In this document: positions 52,998 through 64,000 of the stretch, piece after piece
Layout: each line of letters begins with the position of its first letter
How positions within the stretch are numbered: position 1 is the first letter of the stretch
Assembly: GCF_018977255.1 (NCBI RefSeq)
Contig: NW_024704743.1
Span: 102,116,001 to 102,180,000 of the forward strand
DNA from: Callorhinchus milii
Taxonomy: Eukaryota
DNA: 64,000 nucleotides
Direction of reading: 5' to 3'
Made by a program: the position numbers and the translations under genes
The notes under the pieces: model-generated
What the model was told of the DNA's origin: nothing
Database searches by the model: none
Seen by the model: only the letters and a program-made list of their open reading frames with translations

Positions 52998-53154
52998 CTT
53001 TCACACAGAAGGAGTGAGCCATCCTCACGCATGCAAAGCAGTGCCTCTCTCCTCTCACGTACAAACTCTTCACCAGATACTCCTGTACACATGGTAATCC
53101 TTGGTAATTGTGATGGATCTTTACAGTGATTCAAAGCGGATGCAGTAAATTCAC
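52998..53154 (-). CDS. Candidate internal coding exon (157 nt, phase 1 to 2) of an unidentified gene
   Basis: ttttcatag|GTGAA...GAAAG|gtacat; only open frame is xEFTASALNHCKDPSQLPRITMCTGVSGEEFVRERREALLCMREDGSLLLCE(R/S); not repeat-like. Confidence 0.55.
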
Positions 53155-54559
53155 CTATGAAAACGTAAGACGTTTTTCTCGACGTGGCTGTGAACTGTGC
53201 AAGAAATCTTGATTTATCTAGAATAGGACTGTTACTATAAATATAGCCCTATCAAGTTATTTGGTTGAATCACAGTGAACAATGAAGCTCTCGGAAGATT
53301 AAAAAAGGCTTACCAATGTCTAAAGCTTTACTAGATCTAATCATGCATGTTAAAAATGGGTTCATAGACATTGCTGCAAATCTTATGAATGGGTACAAAA
53401 GACAGGGAGCATTACTTAGATCAAACTTAGCAGTAAATTCTGTTGACAATTTTCTGATCTTCACGCCCTTAGGTTGAACAATCAGGTTATCATTCTCCAA
53501 AGGCATGTAAGGGTATGTTTTAAGAGACGTGTGGCTACCTTGCTGAAGTCCTATTTTTAAAAAAAAATCTTGTTCAACCTTGCCAACTTACAAATATCTA
53601 TTTTCTTGAATAACTGCTTGCCTTTCTGGTAATGCTGGTCAGACCATTACGACCTCAACCTTTATGGATGGTGATTTTAACTGGGTTCCCCAGAACATTT
53701 CCTTGCATTTTCTGTGCAATGTTGTTCTGAGGAACATCACAGGAAGTATCACCATCTGTGTTTAACCTCAGTCACCATTTATCACTTTTTATCACTGCTG
53801 GTGTTAACCAAATGATTCTGTGTTGATAAGTAAGGCTTAGAGATGGGGTGTGAGAAAACAAGCAGATAGCTCCCATCCTTATCATATCACACAAACTTAT
53901 ACATGCTCAAAGCACTTAAATTGGGAGTTGGTTTTATTACATGTCAACTAGACAGAGATATGTTGCAGTAACCGTTGAAAATAAACAATTTTCAGTAGAA
54001 ACACATACTACCAAGATTATAACTTTAATGACCAGTTGAATATCACATCTTGGACCTTATCTCTCCTGTGGGGATGTGCTTTCTCCCTGGGGAGTTCTGT
54101 GGCCAGTTATATCTGATGCACTATTCAAAAAGAGGAATGAGTTTCTCCCAGCGTCCTGACCAACAGTCCACAAGATACTGCAAAACCTATGTTAGAATAA
54201 ATATTCAGAGGTCAAGTTCCTCATTTTTCGGACAGTATTTTTAGCTCTCAAATGCTAAATTCCAAAGCATGTTGAATCCTCAACCTTAAGATGCAGTTCA
54301 TTCATCAGACCCTGGGTCCTTTATTCCAGTGGGAGTTGAAATGATTTGATCATCAAGTGTTTCATTGCCCCTCAATTCCCCATGAGGTTAATCGGACAAT
54401 CCCCTTTTGTATATCCACCTCTCATACCAAACCACAATGGAAGGTATGAAATATTCAAGGCTTTAACCCTTTCCTCCCAGAAGCAGCAATAAATAGCTTA
54501 CTTGTAGTAGGTTATAAACACATTTTAAATAGTAGGAGCTTGGAGATAAATATTACCAT

Positions 54560-54838
54560 TAGGACTTAGAACCCAAACTGTCTGTGCTCCAATGTAGTGC
54601 TGGGCATGTGCTGCATTGTCAGAGGTACCATCCTTCAGCAGAGACTTTAAACCGAGGCCCCGTCTGCCTGTTTAGGTGGATAATAAAGATCCCGTGGCAC
54701 TATTCAAAATGAGAAGGGAGTTTCTCCCAGTGTCCTGGCTAACAATCCCTCAAATAGAATTGGTCACTCGCTTCATGGCTGTTTTGAGGACATGGTTGTG
54801 TGTAAAATTGGCTGCAATTCACTCAAAAAATAAACAGT
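54560..54838 (+). mobile_element. SacSINE1-like SINE body
   Basis: tttaaaccgaggccccgtctgcctg...aaagatcccgtggcactattc...ctcccagtgtcctggctaaca. Confidence 0.85.
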
Positions 54839-54940
54839 GCTATCACACATCTTGAGTTCCAAGTCATTAACTTTATGCCCGCCCACTGCCTCTGCCTTCA
54901 TCATGTCATTGATGAGCATCATGCTTTAGGAGCATTGGTT

Positions 54941-55625
54941 GGGTTCTGTAGCTTAGTGGTTAGCGCACTTGCCTCGCAAGCAAGAGGACCCGGGTTTGAT
55001 TCCCTGGTGGGACGAAAACCTTAGCCAAGCTTCCTTACTCCACATGCCTCTGTTTACCTAACAGAAAGTAGGAACCTGCTTGCTAGTCGATTGGCAGATC
55101 GCTTTCCAGGGTTAATAATCCCCTTTTTAAAAAATAATAAAATAAATGTGGTCACTCAATCCACGACTGTTTGAGAGACTGCATTTTGTCCACAAAATAT
55201 ACATTCATGATAGTTTACACTATATACTGTGAAGTGCTTTGAGATGCCTCAAAGATGTGGAGTCCTGTAGCTCAGTGGTTAGAGCACTCGCTTTGCAAGT
55301 GAGAGACCTGAGTTCAATTCCAGGCAGGGCAAAACCTTGGGCAAGTTTCCTTACTCCACACGCCTAATAATAATCCCTCCAAAACTAAAAACAATAATTA
55401 AATTGGTCATTTTCAATCTACGACTGTTTGTGGGACATTGCTGTGCGCAATTGGCTGCCGCGTTCGCCCACAAATATACAGTCAATTCACTTTACAGTGT
55501 GTTCTGTGAAGCGCTTTGGGACGTCCTCCCGACGTGAAAAGCGCTATATCAAATGCAAGGATTATTATTATTATTATTATAAATATGTGATAAGGCGCTA
55601 TATCAATTATAAGGATTACTGTTAT
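54941..55625 (+). mobile_element. Long-form tRNA-Ala SINE interrupted in its tail by a young SINE
   Basis: Head with CGC anticodon and the long linker; tail resumes atgtgataaggcgctatatc at ~55584. Confidence 0.88.
55259..55580 (+). mobile_element. Young full-length tRNA-Ala SINE
   Basis: ggagtcctgtagctcagtggttagagcactcgctttgcaagtgagagacctgagttcaattcc; TSD aaa(g/t)atgtg. Confidence 0.97.
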
Positions 55626-56175
55626 TGCTTCCCATTCTTAAATAACCTTTTGTTGAACTGTTTGGATTCTTGAGATTCTTCTATTTTCAGCACTGAATAT
55701 GGAAAATATACTCCTGTCTTCTTCTACTTTACACAATTTTAACCACCTATTTTTTTTGACAAAGGAATTATTTAATATTGTGGATTCTGCCTATGATCTG
55801 TATGAGCAGAAGTTCCAAACAAAATGTAATTTTGTATTTTATGAGCAGGATTAACTGGTTCGGGAGAGGAAATCAACAACAATTTGCATTTATATGGCAT
55901 CCTTCATACAGATAGTGTCTTGGAGCTGTTCACAAGGATGGAATGGGACCCTGAATAAGGGAGGGAGAATTGAAGAGGGAGGTAGGTGATTGTAGGAACT
56001 GTTGAAGAAATATTTTTTTTCAGTGAGATTTAAAGACACAGGGAGAGACAGAAGGGTAGAGGGAGAGAATGGCACAGAAGAAGCAGAGTCATGCAAACCA
56101 GATTCAGAAATGTGAAGTGCTGCTTTAGATAATAACTTAACTAGTTTTGGGGATAAATTTATGACTAAACCTGTT

Positions 56176-56447
56176 TAATTCCAGGCAGGGCGAAACCTTG
56201 GGCAAGTTTCCTTACTCCACACGCCTAATAATAATCCCTCCAAAAAACCAAAAACAATAATTAAATTGGTCAATTTCAATCTACGACTGTTTGTGGGACA
56301 TTGCTGTGCGCAATTGGCTGCCGCGTTCGCCCACAAATATACAGTCAATTCACTTTACAGTGTGTTCTGTGAAGCGCTTTGGGACGTCCTCCCGACGTGA
56401 AAAGCGCTATATCAAATGCAAGGATTATTATTATATTATTATTATTA
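56176..56447 (+). mobile_element. Young tRNA-Ala SINE, 5' truncated
   Basis: Near-identical to 55315-55580. Confidence 0.95.
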
Positions 56448-57429
56448 ATTTCAAGGATAATGATCGACTTGACAATCGTGTTTTTGTGTTGTACATTTGC
56501 AGTTCAAATAACAACAGTATGAACCAATTTTAAAATACAACTCCAACCAGAACAAAAATTTAAATAAGGCCCCTACCCTCAATTCCCCTCCACTCTGACT
56601 TTCTTCAAATTAGTCTCAGAGTAGATGACAAGATAATTGTTAAGTTGAAACACATTCATTAATATCCCAACTGGGACACATTTCACCCATGTCAATGATC
56701 ATAAAGGATATATTGCATTTTCAAATGGTCCACAACAAACCATCTGCAATGCCTTCACTTTCATGTATGATAAAATAATACAGGCATAAAAGCAGTCATA
56801 CCAAAACAGTTTCATTCCTGCTATAAGCGTGAGGTACAATTTCAGTGGGAATGTCCATTTCTTGACACTTATGACCTTGTCACACTGAATGATGTGGTGG
56901 ACATTTGAAATAATTAAATATTTATACTTCTAGTTGTGATTTCAAATTGTTTTCAGACTAAGTGGTTAGATATAGGAGGCCAGGCATATATAATTCTTGC
57001 ACCAAAAGCACAGAGACCTTCAAGCAGCAGGCAGGTAGGTAGGTTCAAGTTGTATCCTCTCCTGCCCCTGAGTCAGCACCTTCTGCTAAATTGACAAGAT
57101 CACAAGCAAGGTTTGGGTGAAGAAGGGGCTTTGGCTCATTTGATCTTTTCCATCCGGAATACGCACCCTACCCGATTGCCTTCCCATCACAGCATCTCAT
57201 TGCTTTTAAAATGAGTCCAGCATCCTTGCCTAAACCACCAGGTCTTCTCCCAACTTTTCAAGTAAACAACCTGAGTTTGGCCAATATCAGCATGAAGTTC
57301 ATGAAGGGCAACTTGAAATGGGTGGAGGCAGAGGGGTAACCCCTTGTCTTAGTCTTTTAATGAATATTATAATCAGTCTGTGTTGAACATCAACTTTTAG
57401 CTTTGTGATCTGTGATAATTAACAATCAT

Positions 57430-58012
57430 AACAACTTGTATTTATCTAGCCGGGCAATGTTGCGGAGGAGGGGGAAGGCAAAGTGGGTCATGGGGTAGAA
57501 ATGCCAGTTGAGGATCAAACAAAACTTCAAGGTTACAGACTGGCTTAGTAAGGTCGAGTAAATATTCATGGATGGTGATGCTGCTAGCGCCTGAAGTGTG
57601 GAGGCGCTGACAGGAGCCAACCAGGAGGGCCTCGGTCTTGTTGACATTGAACTGGAGAAAGCTAGCTCTCATCCAGGACTGAATGTCTGACAGACATTCT
57701 GTCAGGACAGCAGTGGTCCTGGAGTCGAGGGTGGAGGTGGAGACGTAGAGTTGGGTGTCATCCACATTTGGAAGTTGACTCCATGTCTGCGGATGATGTC
57801 ACCAAGAGAGAGAATGTACATGTTGAAGAGGAGTGGACCAAAAATAAAGCCCTGAGGAACACTGCATAAGATGGTGCGAGGGCTAGAGGAGAAGCCATTG
57901 GCTTAACAATGGCAGAGCCATTGGCTTAACAATGGCAGAGCTTGACACCAAGCCAGGGAGAGAAAGGAGGTCACCATAGGTTCGGTTGTAGAGGAAGGTC
58001 TTGAGGTGCAAT
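57430..58012 (-). mobile_element. Rearranged L2: RT fragment inside another L2 3' UTR
   Basis: [27 protein letters not shown] flanked by tail acaacttgtatttat and 3' UTR ttaacaatggcagagcttgacacc. Confidence 0.85.
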
Positions 58013-58336
58013 GATGTTGCATTTTGTACCCCATAATAAACATTAACCATTAAGTGCTCTGGGTCCTTATTCTACATGAAGTGCATTGTATAAATACAAG
58101 TTGTTGTTGGTATTAACACATAGCTCAAATGTGATTCTTAGCAGTTGTATTTTTTTAAAAAAAGATTAGATTACCACTGTAGTGACAAATTGGACCTTCC
58201 CCAAACTGACTAAATTGATGTTTTCTGTTTGCTGGCAGTTAACATTTACTGCTGTTTAAAAACAGAAGCAAATTGTGAGGACAGGCTGCTTTCCCCGGAG
58301 TGCAATATTCTGCTGGTAGTAATTGAGTAATAAAAT

Positions 58337-58518
58337 GACCAATGTTCTGAATATTAGCCCCAAGAGCTTCACCAAACTGTTTGAATTCTAACCAGTGTCT
58401 GCTTTGCACTAAGCTGCAGGGTGTTGCTCCTGACAACACAGCAGTTGTGTGGTCCAGGTCTGCTGCATGTATGAGGTTTTCATTAAAACAATCAAAGAAA
58501 TGGAGACTTCCATCAGGA
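58337..58518 (+). repeat. Unclassified repeat family X, distal segment
   Basis: Diverged direct repeat of 59708-59902 (gaccaatgttctgaatatt...ctgcagggtg...acacagcagttgtgtggtc). Confidence 0.82.
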
Positions 58519-58700
58519 TGTCTGAATTTCTGAAAAGTGTGTTCTGTTTTACAATGTGTTTATATAGCAGCTGCAGTCTATTCAACTTGAAGTGCACTAA
58601 CAACACCACAGGCAGTCTGTGTTTGGAGTTTACCCTGTTTACAAGGCAGGACAGAATCCACAACACCTGCAGCAACAAACTGCTGTGTGAAAATGGAAGG

Positions 58701-58993
58701 TGTCAGCCCAGATCAGTCGGCATTGCTCTCATGTTTGTGTCAGTAGATTGTGATTTCAAGCCTCATGTTGGGACTTTAAGATCATAAGCTAGGCTGACAC
58801 TCTATTGCAGTCCTGTGGAAGACCTGCACAGTCAAAGGTGGTATCCTTCAGATGAGACAGCATCCTGTCTGCCTGTTCAGGTAAACAAACATTAAAAATC
58901 CCATGTCACTATTCAGAAAGAGAAGGGAATTTCTCTCAGTCAAAAACCCTCCAGATAGAACTGTCATTGACTTCATGACTGTTTGTGGGAGAT
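58701..58993 (+). mobile_element. SacSINE1-like SINE
   Basis: tgtcagccc head; ctaggctgacactc; ttcagatgagac; cttcatgactgtttgtggga. Confidence 0.8.
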
Positions 58994-59707
58994 TGTCAAA
59001 TCCTTGAAACTAAAAGTATTCTCAGCAAATGACTGTTGCAAGATCACCTGTTGTCCTCCATCTCACAATAAGTAAAATATATCCTGCAGTTTATGATTGA
59101 TTTTAACTACTAGGGTTTATTTCCCCTTGGGTATCAATTACTAGTAAGATTAGATTACTTTGTCTTTAGCAGTGTATAAATTGCATCATGTACCTGATAT
59201 CTTGAGCCACTGCCAAGAATGTATACTTTAATATATTGCAGTGGTCCCAATTGCTGTTCATCAGAGACACTTTATTTCAATGAAAGCTGGATTTTTGAAT
59301 ATTAAGGTAAGTACTACATTATATTATTTGTGCATCTTAAATAATCACAGTGGATAATGCCTAGATCATTTCAGGAGATTATTTACACTTTAAGTAAAGT
59401 TCGGAATCATTGAATAGCATGTGATTACATTTATCTCCTAAATTCATTGAGGTAAACTTTCAAAATGTATTGTACAAGCCTTAGAATTAAATAAAGTAAG
59501 GACACAACTCAATTTAAATAACAATCAAAAGAGTGTTTGATAACTATTTAAATAAAAAAGGAAGTTGGAATTAGAGTTAGCTTCAATGGTGGAATTAGGA
59601 CCAGTAGAGGTTTGATGGATCGAACTACTGTCTTCGGTCCTGTAATTTCTACGATCCTATGATTTATTAATGGGGGAAGAGGGAGACAGCGAAGTGGGCA
59701 ATACAAG

Positions 59708-60445
59708 GACCAATGTTCTGAATATTGGTCTCAAGAACTCCACCAGCTGTTTGAATTCTTATTAGCGTCTGCATTGCACTGAGCTGCAGGGTGACGCTCC
59801 TAACATAACACAGCAGTTGTGTGGTCTAGTATCTGTGTCTGTGAGGCTGTATCTGTGAGGTTTTTATTAAAACATTCAAAGAAAATGCGACTTCAATCAG
59901 GAGCTGAGCTAGTTCAAAGCTGGCATAGTTGATAACAGAATATTGGAATTGGAATCAGTTCAATCATCTGCGGAAGTCTTGGTTGTCCAGTTCCTGAGCC
60001 AGACGGTCCGCAGTACTCCAGGATATGTTGAGGACTGACCAACCAGCCTGGGTCATCAGTAGTATTTTGAGAGGTAGACTAGTCACCAGAGGGAAAAAAA
60101 ATTCCCATTCAGCTCTTGTTAACCCTGCAAGCCAATGGGTAAAGGTGGTTCTAGCTCGACAAACAGTGGCAAAACTTACCAGATAGTACTCTCAATAGCA
60201 AGCTATGCAGTTTAACTCCAATAGTACCTAACTCACACTCTGAGGTTTCCAAGCCTTGTATCTCACCAACCTACCCTGAATACTATTTGAATTGGGTAAG
60301 CATGATGTGTTCCCACAAAGAGAGAGTGTGCATTCTAGACACAGGGACCATTTCATGTGTAGGTGGCGTACATATGTGGAACTCTCAGTTTGGTTGGATT
60401 CTCGTAAGCATGGTGATGGGTTTGAACATGCGACAGGCACCCGGA
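59708..60445 (+). repeat. Unclassified repeat family X, longest copy (~740 bp)
   Basis: Joins the segments seen separately at 58337, 44640-44840, 11690-12254 and 23888-24195. Confidence 0.78.
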
Positions 60446-61310
60446 AGACCAACAATATGAATCCATATTTGCTACAATAAGAGAGCAGAGGACCTGCTGT
60501 ACAGATACTCTAACAGTTAATTAACAGGAATAAAGTTCTATCAAATCACAGATTCTTACCCTTGATAACCTCTCCCACCTTTTAAATTACAAGCCACACA
60601 ATCAGTTAAGAGCTGAGCAGCTCTGACCACATGTTAAAAGGGTCAAAACTACTGAAATGTATTAGTTTAAAAGAATCTTCTCCCATGTTTATGACTCTTT
60701 GTGAACATGCACCTAAAACCCGCTTAAAACTAAAATGGGTTTTTAATATTATTTTGAAAATCCATCATGATACTTTAGTCAGGCGAATGTTGGAATGAAC
60801 TTTTTGTATCAATCTACCTGTGTTTTTAAAAGAGAACTCTTAACTGAATTAATATTATTAATATATAATAGTAATAATAATCCTTGCATTTAATATAGTG
60901 CCTCATTATGTCATTGAGATGTCTCAAAGTGCTTCACAGAATATAATGTAAAGTCAATTGATTACATTTTTTAAATTGCTGACCCCGAGTCAATTCTTAC
61001 TTTAATCCTTACATTTGATACAGTGTGTTTCACGTTGGGAGGATGTCTCAAACGACTTCACAGATTGTACTGTAAAGTGAAGTGATTGTTTTTTGTAGAT
61101 GAACTTTGCAGATATAATCGAATTAATGTTCCCAGTAATCAAAATATTATTTAGTTTTATTGCTTGTGCTCCCCTCTGCCATAGGTTGAGCAGTAATATT
61201 CCGTTAATATGAATTATATTAAGATTTCTCCATACTATTAGGTAACCAATGTATTGCTGTTGGCATATGTCAGTTTTGCTTCATATCTTAATTCACTCTC
61301 CCATTTACGA

Positions 61311-61645
61311 TTTTTTTTTGCTCAGCTGGGTGTCTGACATATGCGGAAACCCATCATCGTGCTTAAGAACATCTGAACCAAAACTAGAGCTTGGCATACG
61401 TATGCCACCCACACATGGAAATTTGACTGTGTCTGGAATTAAATGTGCACTCTTTCCCTGGAAGGACAACAAACACAAGAACAAATTTTATTTATATAGC
61501 GCCCTTCATGCATGAGTGCTGGAATTGGATCCCAAGTAATGGGTTTGGATCCACAGAGTTTACAAAATTCTGGAGAGTATTACACTCAGGTTGACGAGAG
61601 TCAATGCTTGGGGACCTGAGGTTATGTGTTTGGGGTAGTGCTAGA
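61311..61645 (-). repeat. Unclassified repeat family X, interrupted by an L2 tail at ~61466-61512
   Basis: T9, gctgggtgtctgacatatgcggaaacccatc...acacatggaaattt; resumes ctggagagtattacactcaggttg. Confidence 0.78.
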
Positions 61646-61842
61646 TCATCAACAAGACTGAGGCTCTCCTGATTGGCTGCTGTCAGCGCCTCCTCACCTC
61701 GGGCCTGACAGCATCACCATCCATGGTTGCACACTCCACTTTGCTAAGCCAGTCCGCAATCTTGGGATCTTGTTTGACTCTCAATTATCCCTTCAACCCC
61801 ACATCTGTGCCATGACCCGCTCTGCCTTCCCCCACCTCCACA
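61646..61842 (+). mobile_element. L2 internal fragment
   Basis: aacaagactgaggctctcctgattggc (NKTEALLIG)...ccagtccgcaatcttgg. Confidence 0.85.
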
Positions 61843-63409
61843 ACTAAGTGGGACTAAGTTGTTCTGAATAGCAATAATTGCCAATGACTGAATAGAATTG
61901 GTGGGGTAAAAATTGCAATGTTCCTTAAACTCAATCCCGCTACACAAACGTCAATTTCAACTTCAAATAAGGACTTTTAGGTTGGGCTTTCCTTTCAACA
62001 GCTAGTACACTAAGCTGTAGGGGGCAATAGAGAACTGTGTTACAATCACCGTATGTATGTGTATAAAAAATACCATCCAGCTTTTCGACTGAGCACTTCC
62101 GATCTGCTTGAATTTGCATTTACAAATTTAAGGCATAAAACAATGAATTGTATTTTTCAGAAGAAAAATATGCATGAATGATCTCCTGCCCTAATGTCTT
62201 AATCATAGTTTTTATTTGGGAACAAGAGGAGAACCCTTCATTTCAGAGAACAGCAGATAACATTTTCTCTTTCAGTTAGCAACCTCTTGTTGTGAGACAA
62301 AAATGTCTGCTTCTTCATGATAGCATAATAAATGTTCAAACATAACTTGTGATATTTCTTAACTGGACTCTTTATCGAGCAACCTGAGTCATGCAAATAG
62401 GGATTGCTTCCATTAAATGGATGCACACCGCTACAATCTGCAGTGACTCCTTGCTGAGTCAATCTACTTCCAAAATGGTATTTCCATCAGTTGAGGAGAA
62501 TGCTAATGAGATTTATTATTAAGGAATCAGTGGGATTCTTTATTATGGAATGAACACATTAAGAAATATTTCGATTTAGATCTCAAATAAAGTAAACTTG
62601 TGGGCTTTTTTTCCTCCCATTGCAAGCTCTTCAGATTAACTAAATTGAATTTTATGCCGAAAACATGAGACAATTTTACTGACAATTGTTTCTTCAAAAA
62701 TGACCTTCAAACACACCAGAAACCTAGGTATCACATTATTTAATAGAAGATGTGATAACTCGATTTCTGGTTTATGAGTCATTCATCCTCAGTATAAGTA
62801 AAAAAAAGTAAGTCAGATTAAATGGTAATTTTTAAAAAAAATACATAATTGCAGATATTGTATCATTTACTTCATACACAGGGACTTCAATCAGAAATAC
62901 ATTTATTTAGTATTATTTAAAAGAAAGGACTACAGATCTGTATTCTTGTAATATCATTCCTACAACATTTCCTTTGAAAGCATTTGTTCTTATGACTGTA
63001 TTTTTATTCCCAAATCACTGTATTTTAGCTGCCTTGTATAGAATCTGTTACTGTGACAATGTCAGTATTGATAATGTTGTATGCTCCCAACATGGAAGAT
63101 TTCAACTAAGCGATGTGATATCCTCTCCATGTTTGAATACCAGCGCCTTGGGACGTCTTCCTGATGAGAAAGGCGCTATACAAATGTAATTTTGTGGTTG
63201 AATACCTTTTTAAGCAGTGAACAATGAACTTTTGCTTATAGACCATATTAATTCTAAATTAAGCCTTTGCCAGTTGAAAGAACCTGCATAAACAAAACTC
63301 TTAGTAATGTAATGGAATTAAACCCATTGAATTAAGATAAGAAACAATTTGATTCTATTGACTGCATTTACTTTCTAGGCTGGTAAAAATTTAATTGTCA
63401 GGGGAGCAA

Positions 63410-63616
63410 AACTCCAAAAAACAAAAACAATAATAAAAATTGGTCATTTTCAATCCATGACTGTTTGTGGGACATTGCTGTGCGCAATTGGCTGCCGCGT
63501 TCGCCCACAAATATACAGTCAATTCACTTTACAGTATATTCTGTGAAGCGCTTTGGGACGTCCTCCCGACGTGAAAAGCGCTATATCAAATGCAAGGATT
63601 ATTATTATTATTATAA
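63410..63616 (+). mobile_element. Young tRNA-Ala SINE, headless
   Basis: Body and tail match 55375-55580. Confidence 0.93.
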
Positions 63617-63829
63617 TGTATATTTATACATTTAATTTACTGTATGTCTTACATGATTCCCTGATAAAATTCTTATTGACCCTTGGGAACTGCGCTCCAG
63701 AGGTAGATCCTATCAGAGCAGAATTCCCACAGGTTGACAAGACATACTTCCAGTTACTGCGAAGTTCCTGAATAAATCCTATCAATTGGGCTTCAATATT
63801 TTGCAGCTTCTATAAATGATGGCTTTATA

Positions 63830-64000
63830 TTTCCCCCTCCTCGCTCCCTCCCTTCCCTCCCCTCACCCTGACCATTTCCCCCCTCCTTGCTCCCTCCTTC
63901 CCTCACCCTGACCATTTCCCCCCTGCTCGGGTCATGACCCAACTGTGCAGCGCCTTGGGACGTCCTCCTGACGTGAAAGGCGCTTTATAAATGGAATCTT
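63830..64000 (+). mobile_element. Young L2 3' UTR, runs off the window end
   Basis: Near-identical to 29455-29668. Confidence 0.93.

Noticed and set aside
55259..55330. tRNA-Ala(TGC)-like gene (also at 8080, 20020, 35320, 39010)
   Set aside because: These are SINE heads: no paired acceptor stem, and each runs into the SINE body and (TTA)n tail.
55337..55673. Recurrent peptide MWDIAVRNWLPRSPTNIQSIHF... resembling a gene family
   Set aside because: Chance translation of the young SINE; it recurs only because the SINE does.
58337..59902. LTR pair or local tandem duplication 1.4 kb apart
   Set aside because: No TG..CA ends, PBS/PPT or internal ORF seen; the second copy continues into family X, so both are better read as pieces of that repeat.

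Overview
This is AT-rich vertebrate genomic DNA, intronic or intergenic. The repeat content points to a cartilaginous fish, probably a chimaera or shark (inference from repeat families only). It is dominated by non-LTR retroelements: about 20 5'-truncated L2 LINE pieces (longest 47685-49372, with a near-intact RT), CR1 fragments, a young tRNA-Ala-headed SINE sharing its 3' hairpin with L2, and an older SacSINE1-like Deu-SINE. Several insertions are nested, some with target-site duplications. Most long ORFs in the track are LINE RT remnants or their antisense shadows. No complete gene, true tRNA, rRNA or CRISPR array is supported. Three things stand out: (1) a 138-bp element with a minimal hammerhead-ribozyme core inserted in a CR1 3' UTR with a perfect 12-bp TSD (50712-50849); (2) an unclassified repeat family of at least 8 pieces, up to ~740 bp, sharing one terminus that is usually A-tailed; (3) one credible 157-nt minus-strand coding exon (52998-53154) of a gene I cannot name. 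Repeat boundaries were read by eye and are approximate.
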